From contig JANYII010000309.1 in the NCBI GenBank assembly GCA_025358705.1, forward strand, positions 1 to 38,753: DNA of 38,753 nt, in the 5' to 3' direction. Below the pieces are notes generated by a model that was not told where the DNA came from, made no database searches, and worked only from the letters and a program-made list of their open reading frames with translations. This DNA is from Betaproteobacteria bacterium. Lineage in GTDB: Bacteria; Pseudomonadota; Gammaproteobacteria; Burkholderiales; SG8-39. Below are positions 1-8,642 of the stretch, one piece after another (position 1 is the stretch's first letter; each line of letters starts with the position of its first letter). The position numbers were made by a program, and so were the translations under genes.

Positions 1-1934
1 TGCAGGCCCTCGCCATTCAGCGTGGTGCGTCCCGCTGTCGCGCCAAGCAGGAAACCGCGCGCGCGCTGGTCAGCCGCTGCCCATGCCAGGTCGCCGATGC
101 GCTGCATGCCGAACATCGAATAGAAGATGTAGAACGGCACCGTCACCTGGTTCGAGTGGCTGTACGAAGTCGCGGCGGAGATCCACGAGCACATCGCGCC
201 CGCCTCGTTGATGCCTTCCTCCAGGATCTGCCCCGCCTTGTCCTCGCGGTAGTACATCACCTGGTCCTTGTCGACCGGCTCGTACTTCTGGCCCTCGGGA
301 GCGAAGATGCCGAGCTGCCGGAACATGCCTTCCATGCCGAAGGTGCGCGCCTCATCCGGGACGATCGGCACAATGCGCTTGCCCAGTTCCTTGTCGCGCA
401 CCAGCGCGGTGAGGATCCGCACGAACGCCATCGTGGTTGATATCTCGCGACCCTCGCCCGAGCCCTTCAGCACCTGGTCGAACGCTGACAGCGGCGGCAC
501 GGCGGGCGTGTCCTGCGATTTCTGCCGGCGCTGCGGGAAGAAACCGCCCAATGCCTTGCGGTGCTCCTGCAGGTACTTCATCTCCGGCGAATCCGCCGGC
601 GGCACGTAGAACGGCAGCTTTTCCAGCTGGTCATCGGAAATGGGCACGTTAAAGCGGTCGCGCATCTCGCGGATCGTCGCCACGTCGACCTTTTTCAGCT
701 GGTGCGTCGGATTCTTTGCCTGCCCCTGCTTGCCCAGCCCGTAGCCCTTGATGGTCTTGGCGAGGATCACGGTGGGTTGGCCCTTGTGCTTCACCGCGGC
801 GGCGTACGCCGCGTAAATCTTGTGCGGATCGTGGCCGCCGCGATTCAGGCGCCAGATGTCTTCATCGGTCATGCGCGAGACCATCTCCAGTACCCTGGGG
901 TGCTTGCCGAAGAAGTGCTTCCTCACGAAGGCGCCGTCGTTGGCCTTGAAGTTCTGGTACTCGCCGTCGACGGTGTCCTCCATGATCTTGCGCAGGTGGC
1001 CGTCCTTGTCGCGCGCGAGCAGAGCGTCCCAGTAGCCGCCCCAGATGAGCTTGATCACGTTCCAGCCGGAACCGCGGAACTCGCCTTCGAGCTCCTGGAT
1101 GATCTTGCCGTTGCCGCGCACCGGGCCGTCCAGGCGTTGCAGGTTGCAGTTGACGATGAAGATCAGGTTGTCGAGCTTCTCGCGCGCCGCCATGCCGATC
1201 GCGCCCAGCGACTCGGGCTCGTCCATCTCGCCATCGCCGCAGAACACCCAAACCTTGCGGTTCTCCGTTTGCGCGTGCCCTCTCGCCTGCAGGTATTTGA
1301 GGTAGCGCGCCATGTAGATCGCCTGGATCGGCCCCAAACCCATGGATACCGTGGGGAACTGCCAGTAGTCGGGCATCAGCCATGGATGCGGATAGGAAGA
1401 CACGCCCTTGCCATCGACTTCGCGGCGGAAATCGAGCAGCTGTTCCTCGGTGAAACGGCCTTCCAGCAGGCCGCGCGCGTAGATGCCCGGCGACGAATGT
1501 CCCTGGAAATACACCAGGTCGCCCCCGTGTCCTTCGTGCGGCGCGTTCCAGAAATGGTTTTGCCCGACGCCGAACAGCGTGCCCACCGACGCGAAACTGG
1601 CGATGTGGCCACCCAGCTCGTCGTCGTTCTTGTTCGCGCGCGCCACCATCACCATCGCGTTCCAGCGGCAGAACGACCTGATGCGCTCTTCGAGCGCCGG
1701 GTCTCCCGGCGAACGCTCCTCCATGTGCGCCGGGATGGTGTTGACGTATGGCGTATGCGGACTGTAGGGGAGCGTGACGCCGGAAGTGCGCGCCTTCTCG
1801 GTAAGCTTTTCGATCAGGTAATGCGCGCGCTCGCCGCCTTCGCGCTCGAGCACCGCTTCAAGCGCGTCCAGCCATTCCTGCGTTTCGAGGCTGTCGGGGT
1901 CATTGGCCGCGGGTTGTTGCGGAACGGCGGACAT
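1..1934 (-). CDS. aceE: Pyruvate dehydrogenase E1 component, homodimeric type (3' part runs off the window start)
   Basis: Missing from the ORF track because its stop is outside the window. Manual minus-strand translation from ATG 1934, with AGGAGG upstream, gives MSAVPQQPAANDPDSLETQEWLDAL, WQFPTVSMGLGP, the TPP-binding motif GDGEMDEPES and NCNLQRLDGPVRGNGKIIQELE. Confidence 0.96.
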   Translation of the reverse strand, partial: MSAVPQQPAANDPDSLETQEWLDALEAVLEREGGERAHYLIEKLTEKARTSGVTLPYSPHTPYVNTIPAHMEERSPGDPALEERIRSFCRWNAMVMVARANKNDDELGGHIASFASVGTLFGVGQNHFWNAPHEGHGGDLVYFQGHSSPGIYARGLLEGRFTEEQLLDFRREVDGKGVSSYPHPWLMPDYWQFPTVSMGLGPIQAIYMARYLKYLQARGHAQTENRKVWVFCGDGEMDEPESLGAIGMAAREKLDNLIFIVNCNLQRLDGPVRGNGKIIQELEGEFRGSGWNVIKLIWGGYWDALLARDKDGHLRKIMEDTVDGEYQNFKANDGAFVRKHFFGKHPRVLEMVSRMTDEDIWRLNRGGHDPHKIYAAYAAAVKHKGQPTVILAKTIKGYGLGKQGQAKNPTHQLKKVDVATIREMRDRFNVPISDDQLEKLPFYVPPADSPEMKYLQEHRKALGGFFPQRRQKSQDTPAVPPLSAFDQVLKGSGEGREISTTMAFVRILTALVRDKELGKRIVPIVPDEARTFGMEGMFRQLGIFAPEGQKYEPVDKDQVMYYREDKAGQILEEGINEAGAMCSWISAATSYSHSNQVTVPFYIFYSMFGMQRIGDLAWAAADQRARGFLLGATAGRTTLNGEGL

Positions 1935-1991
1935 AGTTTCCTCCTGCGTAATCTCTTGTAGAGAGCAATCGGATCTTGAAACGGGGTGATT

Positions 1992-1998
1992 TATAGTA
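1992..1998. promoter_or_regulatory. Overlapping divergent -10 hexamers (TATAGT on +, TACTAT on -) between aceE and folD
   Basis: AT-rich patch in the 68-bp intergenic region. The + hexamer ends 5 nt before the folD ATG, which has no Shine-Dalgarno (SD) sequence. Confidence 0.45.
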
Positions 1999-2002
1999 TG
2001 CC

Positions 2003-2854
2003 ATGGCCGCCACGATCATCGACGGAAAATCGCTTGCCGCAGCGACGCGCGCGTCACTGAAAAGCCGGGTCGATGCGCTTGCGGCCCGCGGCCTGCGCCC
2101 CGGGCTAGCCGCGATACTTGCCGGGGCCGACCCGGCTTCGCGCGTTTACGTGCGAAACAAGGTGCTCGCTTGCGAGGAAACCGGCGTCCGTTTCGAAGTC
2201 CACGAATTTCCGCAAGACGTTTCCGAGGCCATGCTCCTGGAACGGCTCGCGCAGTTGAACGCCGATCCGCAGGTGCATGGAATCCTGGTGCAGCTGCCGC
2301 TGCCGCGCCAGCTCGCGGCGGACCGGGTGCTGGCCGCAGTGTCACCCGCGAAAGATGTCGACGGCTTTCACGCCGCGAATCTCGGCGCGCTGCTGCAGGG
2401 GCGCCCGGGATTCGTCCCCGGAACACCTGCCGGCGTGATGCGGTTGTTGGAGCACGCCGGCGTGGCGCTGGCCGGCAAGCACGCCGTGATCGTCGGCCGC
2501 TCGACCATCGTCGGCAAACCGCTCGCGCTGCTACTCTTGCAAAAAGACGCTACCGTCACCATCTGCCATTCGAAGACACGCGATCTTGGGGCGACCACGC
2601 GGCAGGCCGATATCCTGGTCGCCGCGGTGGGACAGGCGAAACTCATCACTGCGGACATGGTCAAACCGGGGGCCTGCGTTGTCGATGTCGGGGTCAACCG
2701 GTTGCCGGACGGCAAGCTTGCCGGCGACGTGGATTTTGCAGCGGTAAAAGAAATTGCAGGGAACATCACCCCGGTCCCGGGCGGCGTCGGCCCGATGACC
2801 GTCGCCATGTTGATCGTGAATACTGTGCGTGCTGCGGAGCTGTCGATTGAATAA
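2003..2854 (+). CDS. folD: Bifunctional methylenetetrahydrofolate dehydrogenase/cyclohydrolase
   Basis: Motifs [46 protein letters not shown]. Confidence 0.97.
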   Translation: MAATIIDGKSLAAATRASLKSRVDALAARGLRPGLAAILAGADPASRVYVRNKVLACEETGVRFEVHEFPQDVSEAMLLERLAQLNADPQVHGILVQLPLPRQLAADRVLAAVSPAKDVDGFHAANLGALLQGRPGFVPGTPAGVMRLLEHAGVALAGKHAVIVGRSTIVGKPLALLLLQKDATVTICHSKTRDLGATTRQADILVAAVGQAKLITADMVKPGACVVDVGVNRLPDGKLAGDVDFAAVKEIAGNITPVPGGVGPMTVAMLIVNTVRAAELSIE

Positions 2855-4892
2855 TCCTCTATTAGATTTTTCCGGCCTGCCGCGCTTCGCGGATATCAAA
2901 CCCGAGCACGTCGCGCCGGCGATGGATCAGCTCCTGGCCGACGCGCGCGCGGCGATGCGCCGGGCCGAGGAAGCGCCGGCGACGTGGGAACAATTCGTGC
3001 GGCCGCTGGAAGACGCGACCGAGCGGCTGTCGCGCGCGTGGGGACAGGTCGAACACCTGCACGCGGTGCTCGACAGCCCGCCGCTACGCGAGGCCTACAA
3101 CGCCTGCCTGCCGAAAATCACCCAGTTCTGGACCGAACTGGGCCAGAACCAGCAGCTGTTCGAGAAGTACCGCACGCTGAAAGCTTCTCCCGGATTCGTG
3201 CAATTCCCGCCCGCGCGCAGGAAGCTGGTGGAGAACGCGCTGCGTGATTTCCGCCTGGGCGGGGCGGAACTGCCCGCCCAGGTGAAGCCGCGCTACGCGG
3301 CGATCCAGGAAGAACTTGCTTCGCTGTCGGCGAAATTCTCCGAGAACGTGCTGGATGCGACCAACGCGTATTCGATCGTGATCGAGGACGAGAAGCGGCT
3401 GGCCGGAATCCCCGCGGACGATCTGCAGGCCGCGAGGGAAGCCGCCGGGAAAGACGGCAGGAAGGGTTGGAAATTCAATCTGCAGATGCCCTCCTACTTC
3501 CCGGTGATGCAATACGCGGAAGACCGGGCGCTGCGCGAGGCGCTCTACCGCGCGAGCGCGACGCGGGCGTCCGAATTCGGCAAGGCCGAGTGGGACAACA
3601 CGCCGCTTATCGAACGCATCCTCAAGCTGCGCAAGGAGGACGCGACGCTGCTCGGCTACCCAAATTTCGCCCAGGTGTCGCTCGAACCGAAGATGGCGCG
3701 GACGCCGAAGGAGGTCATCGAATTCCTGCGCGACCTGGCGGGCCGCGCCCGGCCTTTCGCCGAACACGACCTGGAAGAACTGCACGGCTTCGCGAGGGAG
3801 GAGCTCGGCCTCGAAAAACTCGAATCCTGGGACATTGCGTACGCCTCGGAGAAGCTGCGCGCGAAGCGCTATGCGTTCTCGGACCAGGAAGTGAAGCAGT
3901 ATTTTCCTGAAGACCAGGTCGTGCCGGGCATGTTCAAACTGGTCGAGACGATCTACGGCATCCACATTGCCGAATCCAAGGCACCGCTGTGGCATGGCGA
4001 CGTGCGCTTCTTCGACATCCGCAATGCCGGCGGCGAACTGATCGGCCGCTTCTACGTTGATTTGTACTCGCGCGACACCAAGCGTGGCGGCGCCTGGATG
4101 GACGGTGCAATCTCGCGGCGCCGGCTGGAAAGCGGGATCCAGGTTCCGGTCGCATACCTGAACTGCAATTTCTCGGGCCCTGTCGGCGGCAAGCCCGCGC
4201 TCTTTACGCACGATGACGTGATCACCCTGTTCCACGAATTCGGCCATGGCCTGCACCACCTGCTGACGCGCGTCGAGGACCTCGGCGTCGCCGGCATCAA
4301 CGGCGTCGAGTGGGACGCGGTCGAGCTGCCGAGCCAGTTCATGGAAAACTTCTGCTGGGAATGGGAAGTGCTTAAGCACATGACCCGCCACGTCGACTCG
4401 GGAAGAGCGCTGCCGCGCGCGCTTTACGACAAGATGCTCGCGGCGAAGAATTTCCAGTCTGGCCTGGGCACGCTGCGCCAGATTGAATTCGCGCTGTTCG
4501 ACATGCGGCTGCACTCTGAGTTCGACCCGGAGTCCGGCCGTGCTGCGCAGGCCGGAAGCGCGGTGCTTGGTCTGCTCGCCGAGGTGCGGCGCGAGGTCGC
4601 GGTGCTGGTGCCGCCCGCCTGGAACCGCTTCCCGAACAGCTTTTCCCACATCTTTGCCGGCGGCTATGCCGCGGGCTACTACAGCTACAAATGGGCCGAA
4701 GTGCTCTCGGCGGACGCGTACAGCCTGTTCGAGGAAATGGGCGTGCTCGATCCGGAGGCGGGGCGCAAATTCCGCGACGAAATCCTCGCCGTTGGCGGCA
4801 GCCGTCCGGCGGCGGATTCGTTCCGTGCCTTCCGCGGACGCGAGCCGCGCGTCGATGCCCTGCTCAGGCACAGTGGTATGATTCCCGCATGA
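2847..4892 (+). CDS. prlC: Oligopeptidase A (M3 metallopeptidase)
   Basis: N-terminal [16 protein letters not shown], zinc motif [38 protein letters not shown]. Start placed at TTG 2847, overlapping the end of folD. Confidence 0.95.
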   Translation: MNNPLLDFSGLPRFADIKPEHVAPAMDQLLADARAAMRRAEEAPATWEQFVRPLEDATERLSRAWGQVEHLHAVLDSPPLREAYNACLPKITQFWTELGQNQQLFEKYRTLKASPGFVQFPPARRKLVENALRDFRLGGAELPAQVKPRYAAIQEELASLSAKFSENVLDATNAYSIVIEDEKRLAGIPADDLQAAREAAGKDGRKGWKFNLQMPSYFPVMQYAEDRALREALYRASATRASEFGKAEWDNTPLIERILKLRKEDATLLGYPNFAQVSLEPKMARTPKEVIEFLRDLAGRARPFAEHDLEELHGFAREELGLEKLESWDIAYASEKLRAKRYAFSDQEVKQYFPEDQVVPGMFKLVETIYGIHIAESKAPLWHGDVRFFDIRNAGGELIGRFYVDLYSRDTKRGGAWMDGAISRRRLESGIQVPVAYLNCNFSGPVGGKPALFTHDDVITLFHEFGHGLHHLLTRVEDLGVAGINGVEWDAVELPSQFMENFCWEWEVLKHMTRHVDSGRALPRALYDKMLAAKNFQSGLGTLRQIEFALFDMRLHSEFDPESGRAAQAGSAVLGLLAEVRREVAVLVPPAWNRFPNSFSHIFAGGYAAGYYSYKWAEVLSADAYSLFEEMGVLDPEAGRKFRDEILAVGGSRPAADSFRAFRGREPRVDALLRHSGMIPA

Positions 4893-5593
4893 TTTCGCGG
4901 GCTTTTCTGCTCGTACTGCTTGCCGCCGCCGCGACCTCTTCCGGTCTGGCGCAGGCGCAGCAGTACCGCTGGACCGATGCCAAGGGGCGAGTCCAGCTGA
5001 CCGACACGCCACCGCCCGCCTCGGCCAAGAATGTAAGGCGGATCGAGAGCAGCACGGTGCAGCCCGAGGCGGCGCCGCTGCCATTCGAGATCGCACGGCT
5101 ACAGAAGGATTTCCCGGTCACGCTCTACACCACGCCGAGCTGCAAGGATCTCTGCGAGCAGGCGCGCGCTGTCCTGAACCGGCGCAGCGTGCCGTTCAGC
5201 GAGTTCCAGGTCTGGAACGAGAAGACGCAGCAAGAACTGAAAAACGCCACCGGCTCCAACCAGCTCCCGGTGCTGATGGTCGGGCGCTCGTCGCTGCGCG
5301 GATTCGACCAGGGCCAGTTCGAAAAAATGCTGGATTCCGTGGGATACCCGGCGGCCGGCGCTTATCCCGCGCGCAATCAGGCCGCGCCCGCACTGCCCGA
5401 AGGCTATACCGGGCCCGAAGCCGCGACGGCGAAATCGGGGGCAACGAAGGCCGCGCCGGCAGCCAAAGCCGGACCCTATGACGCGAGCGGCCTCACCGGC
5501 CCGGCGCCCAAGCCCGGACAATACGACGCGAGCGGCCTTACCGGGCCGCCCCCGAAGCCCGGACAGTACGGCGTTCCCGGCGAAAAAAAATAG
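4889..5593 (+). CDS. Exported DUF4124 + glutaredoxin-like protein with a Pro/Gly-rich repeat tail
   Basis: ATGA overlap with the prlC stop; signal peptide ending in AQA; YRWTDAKGRVQLTDTPP (DUF4124-like); VTLYTTPSCKDLC...QLPVLMVG...GFD (glutaredoxin-like). Confidence 0.8.
   Translation: MISRAFLLVLLAAAATSSGLAQAQQYRWTDAKGRVQLTDTPPPASAKNVRRIESSTVQPEAAPLPFEIARLQKDFPVTLYTTPSCKDLCEQARAVLNRRSVPFSEFQVWNEKTQQELKNATGSNQLPVLMVGRSSLRGFDQGQFEKMLDSVGYPAAGAYPARNQAAPALPEGYTGPEAATAKSGATKAAPAAKAGPYDASGLTGPAPKPGQYDASGLTGPPPKPGQYGVPGEKK
5465..5572 (+). repeat. Coding tandem repeat, 45-bp unit, about 2.4 copies (K[AP]G[PQ]YDASGLTGP[AP]P)
   Basis: Units at 5465-5509 and 5510-5554 plus a partial unit at 5555-5572, read directly; in frame with the preceding CDS. 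Confidence 0.9.
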
Positions 5594-5608
5594 CCTTGCT
5601 GTCGCAGG

Positions 5609-6373
5609 ATGAAACTTGCGACGTGGAACGTCAATTCGCTCAAGGTTCGCCTGCCGCATCTTACGGATTGGCTCGCGCAGGCGCAGCCCGACATTGTCTG
5701 CCTGCAGGAACTGAAGCTCGAAGACGTGAAATTTCCGCGCGCCGAACTGGAGGCAGCAGGCTACCAGTCCGCGTTCTCCGGCCAGAAAACCTACAACGGC
5801 GTGGCGATACTTTCGCGCTCGCCGCTGCTCGAGGTGAGCACGGGAATTCCCGGCTTCCAGGATGAGCAAAAGCGCGTCATCGCGGCTACGGCAGGCGGCG
5901 TTCGCGTAATCGGCGTCTACTGCCCGAACGGGCAGGCAGTGGGTTCGGACAAATATGCATACAAATTAAGCTGGTTCGCGGCGCTCAAGGACTATCTCGC
6001 CGGCGAGGTGCGGCGCTATGCCCAAGTCGTGGTTGCGGGAGACTTCAACGTCGCGCCGGAAGACCGGGATGTGCACGACCCGAAGGCCTGGGAAGGCCAG
6101 ATCCTCGTCTCGGAGCCGGAGCGCTCGGCGTGGCGCGCGCTACTCGGCGTCGGCCTGAGCGATACCTTCCGCCTCTTCGAGCAGGCGGAAAAAACCTATT
6201 CCTGGTGGGATTACCGGATGCTCGGCTTCCGGCGCAACGCGGGCCTCCGCATAGACCACGTCCTCGCCTCGGCTGAACTGGCGCGGCGCTGTACCGCGAG
6301 CACGATCGACAAGGCCCCGCGCAAGCTCGAGCGGCCTTCGGACCACGCGCCGGCGGTTGCTGAATTCTCCTAG
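5609..6373 (+). CDS. xth: Exodeoxyribonuclease III (AP endonuclease)
   Basis: MKLATWNVNS, CLQELK, YNGVAILSR, GDFNVAP, YSWWDYR, GLRIDH, SDHAP. Confidence 0.96.
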   Translation: MKLATWNVNSLKVRLPHLTDWLAQAQPDIVCLQELKLEDVKFPRAELEAAGYQSAFSGQKTYNGVAILSRSPLLEVSTGIPGFQDEQKRVIAATAGGVRVIGVYCPNGQAVGSDKYAYKLSWFAALKDYLAGEVRRYAQVVVAGDFNVAPEDRDVHDPKAWEGQILVSEPERSAWRALLGVGLSDTFRLFEQAEKTYSWWDYRMLGFRRNAGLRIDHVLASAELARRCTASTIDKAPRKLERPSDHAPAVAEFS

Positions 6374-6401
6374 CGACGCGCTTCCCCGGCTAGCGCGTCG
6401 C
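6373..6401. terminator. GC-rich hairpin between the convergent xth and hypothetical genes
   Basis: Perfect 10-bp stem GCGACGCGCT/AGCGCGTCGC with a 9-nt loop; there is no U-tract, so termination is uncertain. Confidence 0.35.
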
Positions 6402-6800
6402 GGGCAGGGAAACGCTGTATGAAAGTGCCAGCTTGAGCTGATCTCCGGTCTGCGCAGCCAGCACAGGGGCTTGCGATGTCCTTTGATCGGGGAGAGCTGC
6501 AGTCTGCGTTGGATTCCATGCCAGACCGATGGTCGCTGCGCAAAGCATCAGTGCGAATGCGCCGACGCCCGCGTAGCGCGCCGCGCGCTTGTGCCTCACC
6601 ACCGTTTCCAGGCGGGCACGTGCGTCAATGCCTCTGGATATTTCCACCTTGAGCCCATCTTCGGCCGCTGCCTTCAATTCACGTTCGAGTTTTTCCGCGC
6701 GCTTCGCAGCGAGCAGCCGCATTCTCTGGATGTTCACCCGTGCAAGGCGTGCTGCGTGCACCTGGCGGGCCATCTCTTCTGACTGAGCGTTCATGTTCAT
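6390..6800 (-). CDS. Hypothetical single-pass membrane protein (136 aa)
   Basis: Fills the gap between xth and aceB; ATG start; charged helical N-terminus and one hydrophobic segment (YAGVGAFALMLCAATIGLAW). No family recognised. Confidence 0.6.
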   Translation of the reverse strand: MNMNAQSEEMARQVHAARLARVNIQRMRLLAAKRAEKLERELKAAAEDGLKVEISRGIDARARLETVVRHKRAARYAGVGAFALMLCAATIGLAWNPTQTAALPDQRTSQAPVLAAQTGDQLKLALSYSVSLPATR

Positions 6801-6877
6801 CCCGGTAGCGTAGAGCGCGCATTGTCGCGCCGTGCTGCGCCGCGGGATGCAGGCAGATCGCCCCGGGGAGTGTAGGG

Positions 6878-6900
6878 AAAAACTAGCGCCCGGTGCTAGT
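6878..6900 (-). terminator. Possible intrinsic terminator of aceB
   Basis: Minus strand ACTAGC-ACCGGGC-GCTAGT followed by TTTT, overlapping the aceB stop codon. Confidence 0.4.
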
Positions 6901-8494
6901 CGATCTGGGCGTACGCCGGGAGCGTAAGGAATTCGACGTAGTCGCCTGTGGTGATCTGCTCAAAAAGCCGGGCGCCCGCTTCGTACTTGCCCGCCTTCCA
7001 GGCGTCTTCACCGAGGTGGGTCCTGACTTTCGGCAATTCCTCGGCAAGCAGTTTGCGGAACAGGTCGGCGCTCACCTTGCGGCCGTCGTCCAGCTTGCCC
7101 TTCTCCGAGCGTATCCACTGCCAGATCTGCGAGCGCGAGATTTCGGCGGTGGCCGCATCTTCCATGAGATTGAATACCGGTACGCAGCCGTTGCCCGCGA
7201 GCCAGGCGCCCAGGTACTGGATTCCCACCGAAATATTGTTGCGCAGTCCTGCTTCGGTGATCGGCGCCTCCGGCTTGAAGTCCAGCAAATCCGCCGCGCC
7301 GTAATTCACGTCGGGACGCTGGCGGCCGTACTGGTTCGGCTGCGGCATGTGCTTGTCGAAGATTTCCTTGGCGATCGGCACCAGCGCCGGATGCGCGACC
7401 CAGGTGCCATCGCAGCCATCGGTCACTTCGCGCAGTTTGTCCTGGCGCACTTTTTCCATCGCCGCCGCGTTCGCTACCGGGTCGTTCTTGATCGGGATTT
7501 GCGCCGCCATGCCGCCCATTGCGGGCGCGCCGCGACGATGGCAGGTCTTGACCAGCGTGAGAGCGTAAGAGCGCATGAAGGGCGAAGTCATCGTCACCTG
7601 CGAGCGATCCGCCAGGCAGAAATTTTCATTCGAGCGGAATTTCTTGATGCAGGAAAAAATGTAGTCCCAGCGGCCGATGTTGAGGCCTGCGGAATGGTCC
7701 TTCAGTTCCCACAGGAATTCGTCCATCTCGAAGGCCGCGACCACGGTCTCGATGAGACAGGTCGCCTTGATGCTGCCTTTTGGAATGCCGAGGCTCTCCT
7801 GCGCCAGAAGGAAGACGTCGTTCCAGAGACGCGCTTCCAGATGAGATTCCATCTTTGGCAGGTAGAAATAAGGCCCTGAGCCGCGCGCGAGCAGTTCCTT
7901 CGCGTTGTGGAAGAACAGCAAAGCGAAATCGAACAGGCCAGCGGAGACGGGCTTGCCATCCACGGTGACGTGCTTTTCGTCGAGATGCCAGCCGCGCGGC
8001 CGCGGAATCACTACCGCGGTCTTTTCGTTCAGGCTGTATTGCTTGCCATTCTGATCCAGGGAGATGTTGCGGCGCACCGCGTCGCGGATGTTGATCTGCC
8101 CGTCGATCATGTTGAACCAGGTCGGGCAATTGGCGTCCTCGAAGTCCGCCATGAAAGTGGAAGCGCCGCAGTTGAGCGCGTTGATCACCATCTTGCGATC
8201 GGTCGGGCCGGTGATCTCGACACGGCGGTCGAGCATGTCCTTCGGCTGCGGCGAAATGGTCCAGTTGGCGTCGCGGATGCTTTTCGTCTCCGGCAGGAAG
8301 TCGGGCAGCTTGCCGGCATCGAATTCCTTTTGCCGCGCGGCGCGGCGCGCGAGCAGTTCCTGGCGGCGCGCTTCAAAATTCCGGTGCAACTTCGCGACAA
8401 ACGCGAGCGCTTCGGGCGTCAGGATCCGGGCAAATTCCTGGGAAATCGGAGCGGACGCGTGAAGGCCAGCAGGAAACGGATTGGATCTGTCCAC
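6896..8494 (-). CDS. aceB: Malate synthase A
   Basis: DRRVEITGP, MADFED, PRPRGWHL, GPYFYLPKME, GRWDYIFS, DGTWVAHP, LMEDAATAEISR, EFLTLPAY; 532 aa, GTG start. Confidence 0.96.
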   Translation of the reverse strand: MDRSNPFPAGLHASAPISQEFARILTPEALAFVAKLHRNFEARRQELLARRAARQKEFDAGKLPDFLPETKSIRDANWTISPQPKDMLDRRVEITGPTDRKMVINALNCGASTFMADFEDANCPTWFNMIDGQINIRDAVRRNISLDQNGKQYSLNEKTAVVIPRPRGWHLDEKHVTVDGKPVSAGLFDFALLFFHNAKELLARGSGPYFYLPKMESHLEARLWNDVFLLAQESLGIPKGSIKATCLIETVVAAFEMDEFLWELKDHSAGLNIGRWDYIFSCIKKFRSNENFCLADRSQVTMTSPFMRSYALTLVKTCHRRGAPAMGGMAAQIPIKNDPVANAAAMEKVRQDKLREVTDGCDGTWVAHPALVPIAKEIFDKHMPQPNQYGRQRPDVNYGAADLLDFKPEAPITEAGLRNNISVGIQYLGAWLAGNGCVPVFNLMEDAATAEISRSQIWQWIRSEKGKLDDGRKVSADLFRKLLAEELPKVRTHLGEDAWKAGKYEAGARLFEQITTGDYVEFLTLPAYAQID

Positions 8495-8527
8495 GGCGCG
8501 AAAAACTCTGTTGACGGAAGAGGGAGA

Positions 8528-8556
8528 ATTCTACGTATCGCGATGACGCGCCGCAA
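8528..8556 (-). promoter_or_regulatory. sigma70-type promoter of aceB (TTGCGG-N17-TAGAAT)
   Basis: -35 at 8551-8556 and -10 at 8528-8533 on the minus strand, with a 17-bp spacer. Confidence 0.55.
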
Positions 8557-8577
8557 CATGAGATGATGCTGCGGCGC
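8548..8577. promoter_or_regulatory. Imperfect inverted repeat, putative transcription-factor site
   Basis: GCGCCGCAACAT-N6-ATGCTGCGGCGC, 11 of 12 arm positions complementary, lying between two divergent promoters. Confidence 0.45.
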
Positions 8578-8580
8578 CGG

Positions 8581-8609
8581 TTGCGGTCAAAAAGCACCGG
8601 GAGTACGCT
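8581..8609 (+). promoter_or_regulatory. sigma70-type promoter of the KPR-like gene (TTGCGG-N17-TACGCT)
   Basis: -35 at 8581-8586 and -10 at 8604-8609, 17-bp spacer, 33 nt upstream of ATG 8643. Confidence 0.5.
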
Positions 8610-8642
8610 GCCCTCCCACAGTGCGGGGCTGAATTTCACATT

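Noticed and set aside
561-1961. 466-aa plus-strand ORF
   Set aside because: Antisense shadow of aceE, which occupies the minus strand; stop-poor antisense frames are expected at this GC content.
3084-5096. 670-aa minus-strand ORF
   Set aside because: Antisense shadow of prlC with no recognisable motifs.
5465-5572. Tandem repeat as a CRISPR array
   Set aside because: Units are contiguous, in frame and degenerate at synonymous sites, with no spacers and no cas genes.
5583-5590. A8 homopolymer as a phase-variation tract
   Set aside because: It encodes the last residues (EKK) just before the stop, so slippage would change almost nothing.
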